A stretch of DNA of 63,654 bases, filler included, from Pelomyxa schiedti (lineage: Eukaryota; Protista; Evosea): the NCBI GenBank assembly GCA_020536535.1. It is 15 parts of 15 records of this genome, joined end to end, with 100 filler letters (N's around TTAATTAATTAA, not from the genome) between each part and the next. Parts side by side here need not be neighbours in the genome. Positions count along the whole stretch, not along the records: positions 44,477 to 47,799 come from JAHLWZ010001768.1; positions 47,900 to 51,116 come from JAHLWZ010001792.1; positions 51,217 to 52,437 come from JAHLWZ010002681.1; positions 52,538 to 57,084 come from JAHLWZ010000186.1; positions 57,185 to 58,201 come from JAHLWZ010002996.1; positions 58,302 to 59,536 come from JAHLWZ010002669.1; 9 more parts are not named here. The stretch is one strand, 5' to 3'. The position numbers and the translations under genes are program-made. The notes beneath the pieces were generated by a model. That model was not told the DNA's origin. It searched no databases and worked only from the letters and a program-made list of their open reading frames with translations. Shown in pieces: positions 47,164-58,705 of this stretch (positions are counted from its first letter, which is position 1; every line of letters begins with the position of its first letter).

Positions 47164-47899
47164 TCACCTCGGCCCCAAACCCAAGAAAAGAACGTAGAAG
47201 GATGAAAGAAAAATCAATCTTACGATCTTGGGAAAAAAAGGGGTTTATAAGGAATGGACGCAGGGGAATGGCTGACGTAATGACAGGTGACAAACGGGCT
47301 TAGATTTTCTATCCAAACATTTTGCACACCAAGAAACTCTATGAGATCTGTGACCGCGACCGTGATGAGTGATTGATCACTTGGCTGGCGTCGCTCTGTC
47401 AGCAGTGTTTGTGATGAGAAAACCAACAAGAAGGGCAGTGTCACGGAGCGCAGGGGGAGGAGGGAAGACGGGGGGACGCCGCGTGATGCCTGCCCGAGAG
47501 GAGGGCCAGATGGCCAGCGGGCGAGGGAGGAGAGAGGGGGCCATCACCACCAATGGCGCCAGGGAGGGACCGACACGCGGAGCGGACGGAGGAGCGGGGA
47601 CGGCTGGCTGGGTTCCACGGGGTAAGGGCACCACAACCTCGGGGGCGGGTTGGCGGACGCCGCTGCCTCGGCACCGCGGGAGAGAACGTGGCAATAGGTG
47701 CCGCCGCCGCAAGTACGGGGAAGGTCGACTGCGCCGCATGGGCTGGACAGAGGGACGGCCGCGGGGCGTCCTGCGGTGCAGAGGCATTCGGGGCTCGGAN
47801 NNNNNNNNNNNNNNNNNNNNNNNNNNNNNNNNNNNNNNNNNNNTTAATTAATTAANNNNNNNNNNNNNNNNNNNNNNNNNNNNNNNNNNNNNNNNNNNN

Positions 47900-50002
47900 T
47901 TACAACAAAATCAAAAGAAGAAGGATGGGTGTTGCGTGGGGACAAACCTGTGAACAACAAAATGTGATTCAATGTGGGAGATTGCCTTGAGTCCCTGAAC
48001 AAACAAATTCTTAACTTCGACGGTGCTGGAGGTGGAAGAGAGGAGGAATGATGACAGTGTGATCCCACAGTGGGGCATGAGGATGGCCAACGATTTGTTG
48101 TTGCAGAGTTCCTCCCTGAAATACTTTTTGTCACTTGGTATTTTTTCCACAAACTCGGTGGGCAGGCTGTGGGTGGTTCATCATTTCAATTGAAACTAAA
48201 AAAAAAAAGAAATACCAGGGGATGACCAAGGCACCAAGAGGGTGGATCACGTTTGGGTGATTTGGAAGCAATGAGAGGACGACACACTCAGCCATGTATT
48301 TCCTCCGCAACAGTGTCTGTTGTGGGGTGTTCTCCCAGTTGAAAATGATCTTCATAACCATGCCTGTTGTTGTTTTTGTTGGAGACACTGAAGCACCTGA
48401 AGTCGATGTTGGTGTGGTTGTGGAAATGCTTAGGCTCCTGGGGTTGTTGGATGTCGTGGTTTGGAATTGCACTTTGAACACAGCAGCATTTGACCCTGTG
48501 CCAAGCAGTTTCTCTACCCCAAAATCACCAACAGTTGCTGAAATCAGTGATGTCATTGTGTTCAAAATGGTCTGAAAGGGACTGAGTGAAAAGCAGGAGT
48601 GTGAGAGAGAAACCATGTATCTCGTGGACTTCACAACTTCTTCCTGGAGCTCTTTCCTCAGATGTTCATTGTCTTCCTGCAGCTGTGGGGGGAGGGTATT
48701 TCCAGAAAAAGTGTGATCTGAACACTATTTGGCGTTGCTCATACCTCGTCATTCTGCTTTGTCAAATCCTCCCAGAATTCCTTGGTTAAATTTGATTCCA
48801 ATGTGAGTAGGATCTGGGAAATGGCACACCTCCATATTGATTACGGCCTGGTGTTCCTGTGTGGTACACTTGAAGTTAGCAGTTGAGAAACTTTTATCTG
48901 GTGGAACCTCCGCTTTCTCTTTTTCCAGCTGAGCCACCTGTTTCTTGAGAGAGTTTCTTTCTTGAAGTAGGAGTTCTTCCAAGGCTTCAACTCGTTTTTT
49001 CAACGTTTCAACAGTGTTATCTTCTTGTTGTTGCACTACAGAATTGTTCCTCCCATTACTAAGCGAAGAGCTCTCAGACAGGAGCTTTGCTGCACCCCTG
49101 TGGCCAAGCTTGGCAGCCATTACCAGCCAGTGTTGTGACTGCTCCACGTTGCAATCAATGCCATCACCATCCCTGAGACACACACCGAGGTGAAACATTG
49201 AAACTGGATCACCAGAGTCAGCACCCATCTGGAAATATCCAACAGCAGCTCTCTTGTCTGTTGGTGCTCCACAGTCTCCCCTTTGACAATACTCTCCAAG
49301 TTCCCCAAGTGCCACTGCACCCCATGGTCCTATACCATATATCTTTGCCTCATTGAACAACTCAAGAGCCTTGTTGGTGTCCAGTACAACACCAATGCCC
49401 CTTTCATGACAATACCCAAGGAACACCTTGGCCTTGGAACTACCAGAAATCACTGCCGCAGCACCGCTGATTAGTCCCACGCCCTTTGCCACGTCCCTTC
49501 CCACGCCGCACCCCCACAAGTAACACCACCCAATGAATGCCTGTGCCTGAGAAGCCCCTGCAGAGCTCGTGAAGAGCCTCACAGCCGCGGCCCAGTTCCT
49601 CGGCACACCCTCGCCGCGCAAATGGCACACACCAAGCCGCCACGAGTGCGCCCCGGACTTGGCGATCGCGGCGCTGTAGAGCGACACGGCCCTCTGTTGG
49701 TCGCACTCCACGCCCACGCCGCGCTGGTAGCACCACCCGAGCCGGCAGATCGCCGGCCCATCGCCCAAGTCGGCGGCCATGGTCCACGCCGACGCCGCCC
49801 TGTCCGTGTCGCCGCCGCTGTAGTAGTCGCGCCCGACCCGCCACAGGCCCCCGCCGTCGAGCGCGGCGCGGTACCAGCGCAGAGCCTCGGCCAAGTTCTT
49901 GGCCACTCCGTAGCCACGGCGGTAGCACTGTGCCAGTCGACGCATCGCTTCGGTGTTGCCTGTGATGGCCTGTTGAACGAGGGACCCGATGCTCGGGTCC
50001 AT
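47900..50002 (-). CDS. SEL1-like repeat + coiled coil + protein kinase (3' partial, spliced)
   Basis: SEL1 repeats (AMRRLAQCYRRGYGVAKNLAEALRWY, LGWCYQRGVGV, SMFHLGVCLRDGDG). Kinase LLGTGSNAAVFKV, MVMKII, HPNVIHPLG and HIESHFVVHR. Confidence 0.85.
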
Positions 50003-50443
50003 CGAAATCGATTTGGCAGACGATTTCGGGGATGTTCTCCAAGCCATCACATGAGTGTGGCCACATAGTGGCTCAGGAGGAAAGCATTATCCAGGAATCC
50101 TGGTGGAGTCTGTTCTGAACACAATTGGAGTTCCCAGAAAACTATCATCACATATGCAGCCGCGATCAATGGCGCAAGCGGGCGGCGGGGGGGGAGTGCT
50201 GGACTACGTGATAGGTGGCGGCGCAGCGGCGAAGACACCCACAGGGACAGGTACGGGTGGCGGCCCCCCCCAGCACCAGCCGCAGCAGCGCGACGTAGCA
50301 ACCACCGCCAGCAGCAGCAGCAGCAGCAGGATGGTGAGCCACCAACCACCACTGGGGAACAAACCCCCCTCCCCCCACCCAGCAGCAATAAATAAATTAA
50401 CGACAACAAACAACACAAACAACAGCAAGGGGATGAGAGCATA

Positions 50444-51116
50444 ATGATGATGGCTGCTGCTGCTGCGGCCAGCACCGCCGCGTCGGGGGTCGTGGGGGGA
50501 GTGGGAGTGGGGCTTGGGGATGGTGGGCTGGGTGTGGGCGTGGGTGGGGGGACGGTGGGGGTGGTGGACCAGGTGGGGGCGGCGAGGGGGCAGATGAGGG
50601 GGCTGCTGGACCAGTTCAAGTCCTGGGCCGCACCCACGCCCCAGTCCCAGTCTCAGTCTCAGCCGCAGGCGCAGGCGCAGATGGCGGGTCTGGTCACTCC
50701 CTTCACCAACTCCAACCAGTCGTCTCCTCTCATTGCCTCGGAGTGTGGGAGATTGGCTGTCCTCACCAAGGTTTTTTTATGTTTCTGTTTTAGTTTCCCT
50801 TTTTTTTTTTTCAATTGATTGTACAGGCTTTTGATCTCTTGCTTAACTCTCCGAGTGAACCCTCATCATTCCTCAACAATTTCAGCACCATGGCGGTTCT
50901 GGTCAATGACACGTTCAATGAAATTCTACAATTTACCTCGGATCCAGCTCCGGCTATTCGTGCTGCAGTCATAGGTTTTTTGGATACAATTTGCAGGAAA
51001 TTTCCTGAAAGTATTTTGCCTTCCCCCGTTTAAAAAGGAAGCTTATTTCATTCCAAGGAATCGAACCCTGCACAGTTATGTTTCTACATATTGTTGATGA
51101 CAATCCTACGGTGGTT
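50444..51116 (+). CDS. Symplekin/Pta1-like N-terminal HEAT domain (5' part, spliced; start uncertain, possibly 50169)
   Basis: TFNEILQFTSDPAPAIRAAVIGFLDTICRK..LHIVDDNPTVV resembles the symplekin N-terminal pattern (EIIAFQ.D....VRKFVIGFIEEAC..L.DEN..VV). Confidence 0.55.
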
Positions 51117-51216
51117 NNNNNNNNNNNNNNNNNNNNNNNNNNNNNNNNNNNNNNNNNNNNTTAATTAATTAANNNNNNNNNNNNNNNNNNNNNNNNNNNN
51201 NNNNNNNNNNNNNNNN

Positions 51217-51987
51217 AAACCGCTAGATCCACAAGAGTTGATCACCTTCGTCACTGAATAAGTTTCCTCCAACCAGTTGGCAATTTTGATATTGTTGCAG
51301 GACAGCGAGGAAAGAAGCCCCCTCTTCAGGTCTGCTGCTGTGGAGCCAAGGCCTGGAGATCGACATGAAGGAGAAGAAGGACAAGGTGCTGTTCGGGCAG
51401 GAATGATGTGGGACAAGAGGAAAGAGAGCGAACTCATGGGAGACATGTGTACTTGTGCTCTGATGCAGTGAGGTGGCTTGTGGAGACATACCACCTCACA
51501 TCGAGTCACATCAAGGCAAATCACAGTGTTGTGCTTTATGGGTTGCTTGTGTCAAACAAGAAGGGGTGTGCAGAATGGCTCATTGATTCTTTTGGAATTT
51601 GCTTGGATGATGTGTGTTCTGAACAATCACTTCTTTTCTAAAAACACTAACTCCCACACAAGGTTCTGAGCATGTTCAAAAAATGGGGGAGATCAGGCAG
51701 TCGCCAAGCACTCTCTCTTTCAACATGGAGGATGATTCTCAACAAGTTCCCAGAGTTGGACTGTGAAACTGCTTGGAAAATGATTCCTGTGGTGAGAAAC
51801 ATTGTGTGGATTGCAGAGTACACACTTGCGAGGTATCGAGTACAAAAACATGGCGCAATTGAACAGAGGCTCTTGAACCGCCTGTGCACCCGTTGTGGCG
51901 AAAACATTACAAACGAATTTCGCTTGTGGAAAGCTGACAGAGTTGCCCCACTTCACCAACTTGACTCCCACTTTTCAGTGTGGTGAT
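51217..51987. CDS. Fragments of the ankyrin-like family in opposite orientations (minus about 51217-51345; plus about 51346-51987, C-terminal part)
   Basis: Minus strand: LLSSLSCNNIKIANWLEETYSV (cf. LIWNNTEVADWLEETFHV). Plus strand: AVRWLVETYHLTSSHIKANHSVVLYGLL (cf. TVKWVICKFNLQYNHIKSDSNALLFRL). Confidence 0.65.
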
Positions 51988-52172
51988 TAGTTTTCTCTGC
52001 TCAGGAAGAGTACCTGAGCTCCCCCAAAAAAGTAATTTTCTGCCATGGGATGACAATGTAGAACCGTTCATCTGAATCTGATTCGTTTGAACCATCACTT
52101 CAACACCAAAGTTCGAAAAGACAATTTTTATTTAACTGACATTTCACATAATTAAGATCGTTAACGAGCGAG

Positions 52173-52437
52173 ATGGGTGGCAGCAGTAGTAGCAGTTCTG
52201 CAGCGACACCCAATGTGCCTTCACAGCAACAACAACAGGAACTACCACCGCCCTGCGACCTCGTGAGAAAAACCACACCGTTGGCGTCATCACCTTCCTC
52301 GGACGAGAATCCCACAATCACTGAATTGAGGGTCGCGGTGGTTGGATTCTCGTGGCGGTTCCTCAGTGACTCGGCGTTTTTGGATATGAGGAAGGGCGGC
52401 GAAGGCCGGCAGCCATTCAACGCTGGGGGAATTTCGC
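52173..52437 (+). CDS. Hypothetical MG-initiated protein, 5' part
   Basis: MGGSSSS myristoylation-like start. ELRVAVVG resembles a pre-P-loop strand, but no GxxxxGK follows. The frame runs off the contig. Confidence 0.35.
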
Positions 52438-52537
52438 NNNNNNNNNNNNNNNNNNNNNNNNNNNNNNNNNNNNNNNNNNNNTTAATTAATTAANNNNNNN
52501 NNNNNNNNNNNNNNNNNNNNNNNNNNNNNNNNNNNNN

Positions 52538-53885
52538 GTTGTATTTTTATGGTGCTCTGCTGCATTTGCCTTGATTTCATACCTTGCGTTGTACTGGTTT
52601 ATTGTACCTAGTGCTATAGCAACTTACCCTGTCTACTTTAACTTTAGGTTTGTCCAAACGAAAACTCCATCAAACTTCTGACTTCAACATTATGCCCTTT
52701 TTCTTTCTCCCAGTGCTCCCCAGCCAGAGACAGTGATTGATCTCAGTGAAAGATCCATTTACAATAAGCAGTCATATGACCTCACTATACACATGGTGAT
52801 GCCTGAGTCTCCAGCAAATGTGAACCTTGGAATGTTTATGGTATCACTTGATATACAAGATCACAGAGGGGCATCAGTTTTACATTCCGCCAGACCAGTT
52901 AGGCCTTTAATTATCACTCCATTATCTTACTTGAGATACCAAAAAACAGTCCAGAATAAAGTATCGAACAGAACCTATCCGGTTCCTTGAATCCATGGTA
53001 CAAGCAATTCCAATTATCCTTGGATATATGGACCAAGCACAAACACTGGTCATTCCCTTGATGGAGAAAGCAATAGAACAAGATGTTGTACTTATAAACT
53101 AATGCATTTTCTAATGAACTGCACAGTCCCATCCATTCTATAAAGTGACATTGCAGCTTTCCAAACCCCAAATTGAGGTATACAGTGCAGAACTGATACT
53201 CACTGCCAATCTCCATGGTTTAGCGTATGTAACCCTCACAAATTTCCTTTCTAACATCATTCTGCAATTAAGTTATTTCCTCTATCACTACTGTTACACA
53301 ACCGCCATTATAATCATATGCGCAATTTTTTGGACCCTGTTTGTTTTCTTCCTTATTGCCTGGATTATAATTCTTATTGACACATGGCCTGCAACATACG
53401 CACCTTTTGCTGGGACTGGATTTGCTCTGGGAGGTGCAGGAGGAGGAAGTGGAACCGGAACGGGGATAGGAACCACCGGAACAGGAACAGGAACTGGAAC
53501 TGGAATTGGTGATGCCTTTTCATACCGCCGTCGCGATTCCGAGCACCACACACATCACATTGACGAAAGCGGTAATCCTCCTTCATCACTCCGCCGCAGG
53601 AGAAGACGAGTGGCCTCAGCGGCCCATCCAAGCTTCAGTGAAAGCGCTGGAGGGGATATAAGTAGCACCAACAGTTCCAGTGAGGAGGATGACATTCCGC
53701 ACACACCAACGGCATTGTACAAACGGCCGCTCTTCCGTGATCCAACAGCACCGGCAACACCCAAAGGCGGCTCTCTTTCTACTACCAAACCTGACGTACA
53801 CACTGCCCCACACCCACCACATTCCAAAGAGGATTCCAAGGAATCCACCACTCCCACAAAAGAACCAGAATCACATCCATCACCT
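52538..53885 (+). CDS. BSCL2: Seipin (lipid droplet assembly), 5' partial; the last exon continues at 56563-56706
   Basis: YDLTIHMVMPESPANVNLGMFMVSL..SARP and IEVYSAELILTANLHGL..YFLYHY, flanked by TM helices: the seipin signature. Confidence 0.9.
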
Positions 53886-53995
53886 NNNNNNNNNNNNNNN
53901 NNNNNNNNNNNNNNNNNNNNNNNNNNNNNNNNNNNNNNNNNNNNNNNNNNNNNNNNNNNNNNNNNNNNNNNNNNNNNNNNNNNNNTCCTCCACAT

Positions 53996-56341
53996 TCACA
54001 CATGGTCCTTCTCCCAGGACACCCACTCTGTTGACATTCCTGTCACGACTCCTTTGGCCAAGTCAAGCTCATTGCTCAAGAAGCCATGGCGTTGTTGCCG
54101 TGCTCTCTGGAATTCATCATAGTTGGAAACATCCTTGCCTGAAGGATCCACTGGAAGCCATATCTAGATGTCAAGTCATGTAATTTTCCATTGCTGAGTG
54201 CGGGTGGGAAGACACACATGACTGTTGACCATCTCACCAACAGAGTGCGGTTTACCAGAACGCATATTGCTCAGGTACTTTCCACTGTATTTGGCTTTCC
54301 GTAATCGGCTGTCCACACAAGCAAATATCCGCGATACCTTGTCAGGTCAGGCCAATGATGGAAGATGGTTGATCAACTTTGAGGGCAACAATAGTTCTTT
54401 CCCTTTCATCAATTTGATCTAAAGTCCAGCCAGATTTCACCAGATAAGCCCGGTCAGCTTTTTTGACAAATTCTTCGTAAATGGAATACCTATTTGTTGT
54501 CAAAGAACTAATTGGATCTTTCAGTCGTACACTTCTTCGGCAGGTTTGCCTTTGAATCCATTCATGAAAGCCAGTAAGTTACCACCAGAAGCTGCCTGTT
54601 TGCAATATGTTAAACTCCTTATACTCACTACAGTTTGAAAACCTCAAGAACATGAGATAAGTCACTCCGTTCGCGGCAAGTGGAACGATAAACTTCCAAG
54701 CTGGAAACCTTATTTCCAATTGAAATAAGTGCATAATTGGGTCTCCATGAAACACCAGTGGCTCGGCACATTGGACACACTGAGCCACATAACTCACTAC
54801 ATTTATCACCTGGGGAAAGCCATTAGCCATAAAACGCTTGAAAAAACAAAAGGAACGAAGGGTTTTCCTTTTAGAGAAGTGGAGTGAGAGGGAGAGGAGA
54901 GTGTTCCTAATGGAAAACAAAGGAAGCTAACAGAACGAATTAAGTTTATGGAAATTAGGCAGAAGCTACATATTGAGTGCCCACACAAGGCAACAAACGG
55001 CCTTTTCCTCCCATAATCCGCGATAGCCACACTGCTCGTACTACTACTATCAGTGCTACTGCTAGCTCCTGAGGAGGAAGACTCCGTAGTCGTAGTCTCA
55101 GTGGCACCACTTGCCTGATCTAAATTACCTGTTAACAAGTGCCGATATGTTTTGTCTTTCACAGGGGAAAGAAAAAACCCACAGAGGGGCCCTACGTGTG
55201 CCACCAAGTTGGGGAGCCTCGGTCCCCGACGACACTCCAAACACGTCGAAGCAGACTGGGCACGTCAAGTCCTCGTTGATTATGGCACCCACCACGCTGT
55301 CGCTGCCGTTCATTGCGTCCAATCCAACCGACAGATTTGGGAATTTTCCCGTGTTGAATTCGTTTGAGGACATGTTTGGTAAAAATGGGGGACTGAGGGC
55401 TGGGGATACTGTACAGTTGTACACATTTTGTTTTGGCACAAGGGTGGTGGAGGGGACAAGTTATGGGAGGTAGCTTACTTCTTCTGTTGCATATCAGGAT
55501 TTTGAAGGGGAGGACTTGTTGTATTGTGATGGGGATAGTGGTTGTTGATCATTGGGGGAATTGTGATCTAGTCTAGGAAGTGTGAGTGGTTGTAATTTGG
55601 CTGGTGGTGTGAGTGGTGCCTGGTTATTCTTCTATATTTTGTTTGTAGGTCTTGTTAGTCTTGTGTTTGCTTCCTGGGTTGGAATTGTGTGGTATGCATT
55701 TTTAAAGCGGAAAGAGAAGAAAAACTAACATTGACATGGCAGCGCACTGGTGATAGCATGCTACCAGTTCGGGGAGATGTGGTCTCCGGAAGAGATAAGA
55801 ACTCTATGTTCGGTAAAGTTGGAAGCTGTTTTCTGGGGCTCATGGTATGTGACTGCAGAAGATTGGTTATATTAAGTTGAAGTGAGGTCAGATTGCGGAG
55901 GATAGCAGATTGTACCTTGAGGAGAGTTTGTGCTAATACATCGGAACCTAATTTTAGTGACATGGAATTGTTGGGGACGGCGGCGGCAGGGTTATCCTGC
56001 TGATATTTATGTTCATAACTGTCACACAGTATTTACGTGAGGTGAAACCAACGAGGAAAAATGCACACCACCGAGGTACAGCCGGAAGTTTATGGGGATG
56101 CTTTGGGTGTGCGTCCGGGCCTCCAAACATAATATCCGGATCATTTAACCTGTCATCCTCGTCTGAAACACAAGCACAAGTAGAGTCTTGGTCATCATCC
56201 GAATGTTGTGTCCTTTGCTCCTCCGCTTCCAGTGTGAGTGAAGAAAGAACTTCTATACCATCACAAAAGGAAAATCCAAGTTATAGTTAGAAAGATTTCT
56301 ACAAAAAAACAGAGTGTGAACAGCAACTACAACAACAACAA
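53996..56341 (-). CDS. C3HC4 RING finger protein (spliced, 5' partial)
   Basis: EDLTCPVCFDVF...PFVALCGHSICSFC...CPMCR..PNYAL across exons, with a long Ser/Thr insert between the zinc-ligand pairs. Confidence 0.72.
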
Positions 56342-56441
56342 NNNNNNNNNNNNNNNNNNNNNNNNNNNNNNNNNNNNNNNNNNNNNNNNNNNNNNNNNNN
56401 NNNNNNNNNNNNNNNNNNNNNNNNNNNNNNNNNNNNNNNNN

Positions 56442-56706
56442 AGGCGGCTCTCTTTCTACTACCAAACCTGACGTACACACTGCCCCACACCCACCACATT
56501 CCAAAGAGGATTCCAAGGAATCCACCACTCCCACAAAAGAACCAGAATCACATCCATCACCTACCACTGCACCACTAACAACATCAACACCAACACCAAC
56601 CCCAACACCAACAACTAGTACTACAGCCACAACAACTCCGTCTGAGCCTGAATCCCCTCCATCATCTGAAGTGCCCTCCAGTTCAGGTGCAACAAAGAGC
56701 ACCTAA
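56442..56706 (+). CDS. BSCL2: Seipin C-terminal low-complexity tail (scaffolded out of order)
   Basis: 56442-56562 is identical to 53765-53885. The frame continues to ..GATKST* at 56706. Confidence 0.8.
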
Positions 56707-57184
56707 ACAACTTTCTTAATTTTGCTTGCATTTTGAAGACACCTACTTCCCACAAGTACGAAAAAGCGAAACAAATGTGCGGAGAAAGCCCTGGGGGGTT
56801 TGATGTACCCTTGTGGGTCCTCTACAGAGGGGAGGATAAGGCGGGACCCAATTGGTTCCGGCTGAGAACCCTAGTAAGAGGGTGTACCCGCCCTCCGAAC
56901 TATCCTGCACATAGAGGTTTGATTCTTTTTCGGACCTTTTCCGTTCCCTTTTTTTTTTGTTTCTCCTCCACATTCACACATGGTCCTTCTCCCAGGACAC
57001 CCACTCTGTTGACATTCCTGTCACGACTCCTTTGGCCAAGTCAAGCTCATTGCTCAAGAAGCCATGGCGTTGTTGCCGTGCTCTNNNNNNNNNNNNNNNN
57101 NNNNNNNNNNNNNNNNNNNNNNNNNNNNTTAATTAATTAANNNNNNNNNNNNNNNNNNNNNNNNNNNNNNNNNNNNNNNNNNNN

Positions 57185-58201
57185 GCACCTTCCACGATGT
57201 AGCGAGTGCCTTGGCTTCGGCGGCGGTCACTTGTCTCTCGGATTCAAGGTCAACTTTGTTCCCAACAAGCACGCCTTGAAAGAAAAAATAAGTCAGTTGG
57301 GAATAAGATATGCTCCTTCACATACAGGGGAAACTGGAAACGTCTTTAGCACGCATTATCTTCTCGCGGTATGTGTCGAGACAATCAAAAGACGCCTTAT
57401 GGGTGATAGAGTACACAATGAGAAAGCCATGAGATACGCGGAAGTATTGCTCGCGCATTGCGGAGTACTCTTCCTCTCCTTGGAATAGTCAGCTGAGTGA
57501 TTGAAGTTGAACCAACTTACCCGCCGTATCTAACACATCAAATATGCATGTCTTACCATCGATGGCACTCGATTTCCTCTGTAAGAAGATTAAGGAAAGG
57601 AATGCATGAATCAATAGACACACATAAGAATCCTCTATAGTTGGGTCATATTCAGTGACACTGTTGGGAACAATCAATGAAAAAGGAGGTAAAGTGCTGC
57701 TTTACATACAATGTATTCTGAATAAATTGGATGCACAAGGCAGATTTACCCACACCCCCCTCCCCAACTATTGTGATCTTATGCTCCTCCGACTCTCCAG
57801 GTTTTGCGGCGGAACCAGAAGATGCCGCAGTTGATGAACTTGGTTTGTAAGAGGCAGCAGTCCCAGGCACATATGATGAGGAGGTGCTTGATGAAGTGGA
57901 TGAAGATGATGAGCAAGATGATGAAGAGGAAGATGGAGGTGTGTAGGCAATTGTGGGTTTTGAAGGGACAGAAGTCGCGCTGATGCCCACCCAATGACCA
58001 TCAAGAAGTTTGTATTGCGGCGACCCACGGTCATTTCTGCGGTCCCACCAATCATATGGATATGTTGGTTTCTCTTCCACTTTCTCCTCTTCTTTCCTGT
58101 GGACGTTTGAATGAAGGAATGAATGAACAAAACATAAAAAAAAAAAATTCGTGACAACATACACTTTCTCCATGTTTGGGGCAGCCAAGGAATCCATCAT
58201 T
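57185..58201 (-). CDS. Ras-family small GTPase with N-terminal extension (partial, spliced)
   Basis: [28 protein letters not shown]|RK, DVLDTAG|[20 protein letters not shown] and LVGNKVDL. Confidence 0.92.
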
Positions 58202-58301
58202 NNNNNNNNNNNNNNNNNNNNNNNNNNNNNNNNNNNNNNNNNNNNTTAATTAATTAANNNNNNNNNNNNNNNNNNNNNNNNNNNNNNNNNNNNNNNNNNN
58301 N

Positions 58302-58705
58302 CTGATGTACCGCATTACGTTGGAGCTGGAGCGGGAGGGAGCACTGATTATGGGAGGAGCTCCTACGCGGTGAGGAGGCAGTGCAAATGCAGAGGCGCAA
58401 CAAAAACCAGAAGCAGACGAGGTGGTCGTGCTCGTAGTCGCCCTCGTGGTCGGCACCATCGGCCACGCCGGAGTAGTCGTCGGTGTGGGCAGCAGCCCGC
58501 CCCCGCCGAAAACAACAGGGGGAGGGGGAGCAGGGGGTGTGGGCAGGAGGCCAGCCCCGCCACCCAATGCACCCACTCCACAGCCCCTCCCTACCTCAGG
58601 AGCACCACCGCGCCCGGCCCCCACCAACGACGGGGGGGGCGCACCGAACACCGACGGCACGTGATATGAATGGAAACGGTGTCCCCTACCCCCCGGCACC
58701 CACAT
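58302..58705 (-). CDS. Pro/Gly-rich hypothetical protein, 5' part
   Basis: Open GC-rich frame MWVPGGRG..GLLPTP repeats running to the contig edge. No family recognised. Confidence 0.35.

Noticed and set aside
47362-47420. C/D box snoRNA suggested by GTGATGA motifs (also 45189)
   Set aside because: No downstream CTGA D box or terminal stem was found on the same strand.
42851-51530. Scattered CACAGTG heptamers (about 42851, 43106, 48066, 51522)
   Set aside because: They lie inside coding sequence on other contigs, have no evident nonamer, and are expected by chance at this frequency.
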